The translations under genes were made by a program, and so were the position numbers. Under the pieces are notes generated by a model. That model was given only the letters and a program-made list of their open reading frames with translations, ran no database searches and was not told the origin of the DNA. Below, piece after piece: positions 16,221 through 18,192 of a stretch of DNA of 18,192 nt. The stretch is from Candidatus Micrarchaeia archaeon (GTDB lineage Archaea; Micrarchaeota; Micrarchaeia; Anstonellales; Bilamarchaeaceae), in contig JBKHJL010000023.1 of assembly GCA_046538155.1 (NCBI GenBank), positions 1 through 18,192 on the forward strand, read 5' to 3'. Position 1 is the first letter of the stretch. Each line of letters begins with the position of its first letter.

Positions 16221-17012
16221 TTACCTGTAATACTCGTGCCCCTCTTTTCTCCCAAGCAGCTTTCGTATTTCTTTTTCATAGTATGCTTTTTCCTCTGCCC
16301 CCATCCCAGTGGTCTCCAGCTTTTTGCTCCACCGGCTCAGCGCAAGCACTGCCCTGTCTGTTTTTTCCCCGTATTTCACATAGTTTATGAGAGCTTCCAG
16401 CGCGTAAGGGGAACTGCAGGCTCCAAGCGCCTCAAGCGCGGCGTTCCTGAATATCTGCAGCACAGGGGCTTCCATGGTTGAGTAATAGCTTATATGGTAT
16501 GTTATCAGCTTTGCAGCTGTTTCGTCCCCCAGCTCGCCCAGGAGCCCGAGCAGTTCCACTATTCCTTCATATGATGTAGTGTAATTGAAGATGGTGCGGT
16601 AAACCGCCTTGCGCACTTCGCCCATCTCGGATTCTTTTGGAAGGGATTTCCGGTAGTGGGAAAAGTTGTGCATGGTTTTTATGCCTGCGGCCTTTGCAAG
16701 CTGTTCATGGGCAAGGAAGAGTATGAATTGCTTTACCACAACATCTCCCTTTTTGTATGAATCCTTAATCACTTCTTTTGCTGCTTCCTTCTCCTTCCTG
16801 TTTTTTGCAACCGGGTAGAGGAAGTAGGTAATCATTGCCTTTTCTGCAGGCTCCATCAGTGCTTTCCTGAATTCAACAACCTTTTTATCCACCCTGGGCT
16901 TCTTTTCCGCATTAGGCTTTTTCGCGGGTTTTTTTGTTTTTTTGCCGGTGGTTTTTCCGGCAGTTTTCTTTTTTCCTGGTTTTTTTGTTTTTGAAGGTTT
17001 TTTAGGTGCCAT
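16221..17012 (-). CDS. Hypothetical protein with Lys-rich N-terminus and HEAT/PBS-lyase-like helical repeats
   Basis: 19 Lys in the first 44 aa; LLGELGDETAAKLI and RNAALEALGACSSPYALEALI resemble HEAT-like units. Confidence 0.8.
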   Translation of the reverse strand: MAPKKPSKTKKPGKKKTAGKTTGKKTKKPAKKPNAEKKPRVDKKVVEFRKALMEPAEKAMITYFLYPVAKNRKEKEAAKEVIKDSYKKGDVVVKQFILFLAHEQLAKAAGIKTMHNFSHYRKSLPKESEMGEVRKAVYRTIFNYTTSYEGIVELLGLLGELGDETAAKLITYHISYYSTMEAPVLQIFRNAALEALGACSSPYALEALINYVKYGEKTDRAVLALSRWSKKLETTGMGAEEKAYYEKEIRKLLGRKEGHEYYR

Positions 17013-17105
17013 GGCCCAGTTTCCAGGAAATCATTTAAAAATCCCTCCATAATTCCATCAGGTTTTTATAGAGGATATCCCCATATATTGAACGAGGTGT
17101 ACTAC
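17013..17105. promoter_or_regulatory. Divergent promoter region
   Basis: TTTTAAAT on the minus strand at ~17040-17033, ~21 nt from ATG 17012; TTTTTATA on the plus strand at 17063-17070; SD GAGGTG at 17094-17099. Confidence 0.45.
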
Positions 17106-18192
17106 TTGAGCCCCCCAAAAAATTCTTCAAGGAAAACAAAGAAAACCGAATCCGGTCCAGGAGCCAAGCGCAAGGAATTCCCTGATGCCGGGAAGGGCGG
17201 ACATTCGCTTGCGCGCAGAAAGCCCCCGGGTTCATTTAATCCCCCGAACCATAAGCTTTCCACAAAGGCAAAGATTGCCATGGGAGGAATTGCAGCTGCC
17301 ACTGCCCTGAGTTTTTCCCCGGCTGCGGATGCAAAGAATGCACCTTCTATACTTTCAAAGGCTTTTGAGGACCAGCCTGCGGAGGCTGCTGAGCCACCCG
17401 TATGGCAGGCTATTCCCCCGGATTCATATGAAATACCTGAGAAAGGAAAGTCAATAGTGAGTATTCTCAAAGACCTTAAGGAGAAAACGAAAAAATTCAT
17501 GGTTGAAGAGAACCATTTCCGGATTAAGCGCGTGGGCAGGACAATCGATATAACGCATAACCCAGAAGACAAAGAATTTTATTTTGAAATACATGAGATG
17601 ACCCCCCTCTCTCCCGCAGGTGGAACCACAAGCAGCTTTTTTTACGGCTACCGCTATCTTGACCTCGGTTCGTTTGAGTTCCGGGCAGATGAGCGAAAAA
17701 ACGAGTTCGTCCTTTATGGAATAGATGCAGAAAACAGCAGGATGCTGGAAATCCATGTTCCGTATTCCCTGCGGATTCCGGATGACCTCACTTTATACAC
17801 GGTGGAGGACGATGCGGATGAGAAGCTGATTGAATTTATTTTCCAGGCACTTGCAAATCTTCCTGAGGTATACAGCGAGAAAGAGGACTGGAAGTCCCGC
17901 AAGGTTGCACATGCTGTGGATATTGGGGAAAAGATGCTTGAGGAGCACGTTTCCGGGCTTGATTTTGGCGGAACCGTTTCTTCTTCTGGTAATTTTGAAA
18001 AGGCCCTGGATTCTGCGATTGACAAGTTCGTAGTGGCCTATGCAGACACAATCCAGAAGATGTTTGACAGCATTTCTGCAGATATGGAAACTCTTTCACC
18101 TAAGAAGGCGGAGGAGCTTGCAGACTTTGTAATCCCCAGGATGTCCGCAATCCTCCTGCGGCCGCATGCGGCCAATCTGGGCCCTTCTATAC
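17106..18192 (+). CDS. Hypothetical, probably exported protein, 3'-truncated (>362 aa; not in the ORF track)
   Basis: TTG 17106 follows SD GAGGTG, and the frame stays open to the window end: MSPPKNSSRKTKKTESG...KAKIAMGGIAAATALSFSPAADAKNAPS...HAANLGPSI. Confidence 0.8.
   Translation, partial: MSPPKNSSRKTKKTESGPGAKRKEFPDAGKGGHSLARRKPPGSFNPPNHKLSTKAKIAMGGIAAATALSFSPAADAKNAPSILSKAFEDQPAEAAEPPVWQAIPPDSYEIPEKGKSIVSILKDLKEKTKKFMVEENHFRIKRVGRTIDITHNPEDKEFYFEIHEMTPLSPAGGTTSSFFYGYRYLDLGSFEFRADERKNEFVLYGIDAENSRMLEIHVPYSLRIPDDLTLYTVEDDADEKLIEFIFQALANLPEVYSEKEDWKSRKVAHAVDIGEKMLEEHVSGLDFGGTVSSSGNFEKALDSAIDKFVVAYADTIQKMFDSISADMETLSPKKAEELADFVIPRMSAILLRPHAANLGPSI

Noticed and set aside
17035..18099. Several short ORFs listed in the last kilobase
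   Set aside because: They are shadows or alternate frames of the continuous plus-strand ORF from 17106 to the window end.

Overview
An archaeal housekeeping region; the gene content and divergent sequences suggest a DPANN lineage such as Micrarchaeota, which is inference only. In order: the 3' part of a large membrane-anchored surface protein (3 DUF11-like repeats, 2 Ig-like domains, a 26-Cys region); a tightly coupled rpl7ae-rps28e-rpl24e-ndk-dUTPase-truD-trm1 operon; an acidic hypothetical protein; rpl40e (missing from the ORF track); an orphan membrane protein; thpR divergent from pmbA/tldE-lonB; a DUF373/PRC-barrel fusion divergent from csl4; rpoL with an unusual S26 signal-peptidase-like gene; a Lys-rich/HEAT-like protein; and an orphan ORF with a signal-peptide-like segment that runs off the 3' end (also missing from the track). 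I found no tRNA, rRNA, CRISPR array or mobile element, and I cannot demonstrate a clearly new multi-gene system. The best leads are a candidate autoregulatory K-loop over the rpl7ae Shine-Dalgarno (SD), a ~118-aa K/E/P tail on L7Ae, the DUF373-PRC-barrel fusion, the Cys-rich signal peptidase variant with a large insertion, putative isopeptide-bonded DUF11 repeats and a structured rpoL leader. All family calls come from motif recognition; no database search was run.
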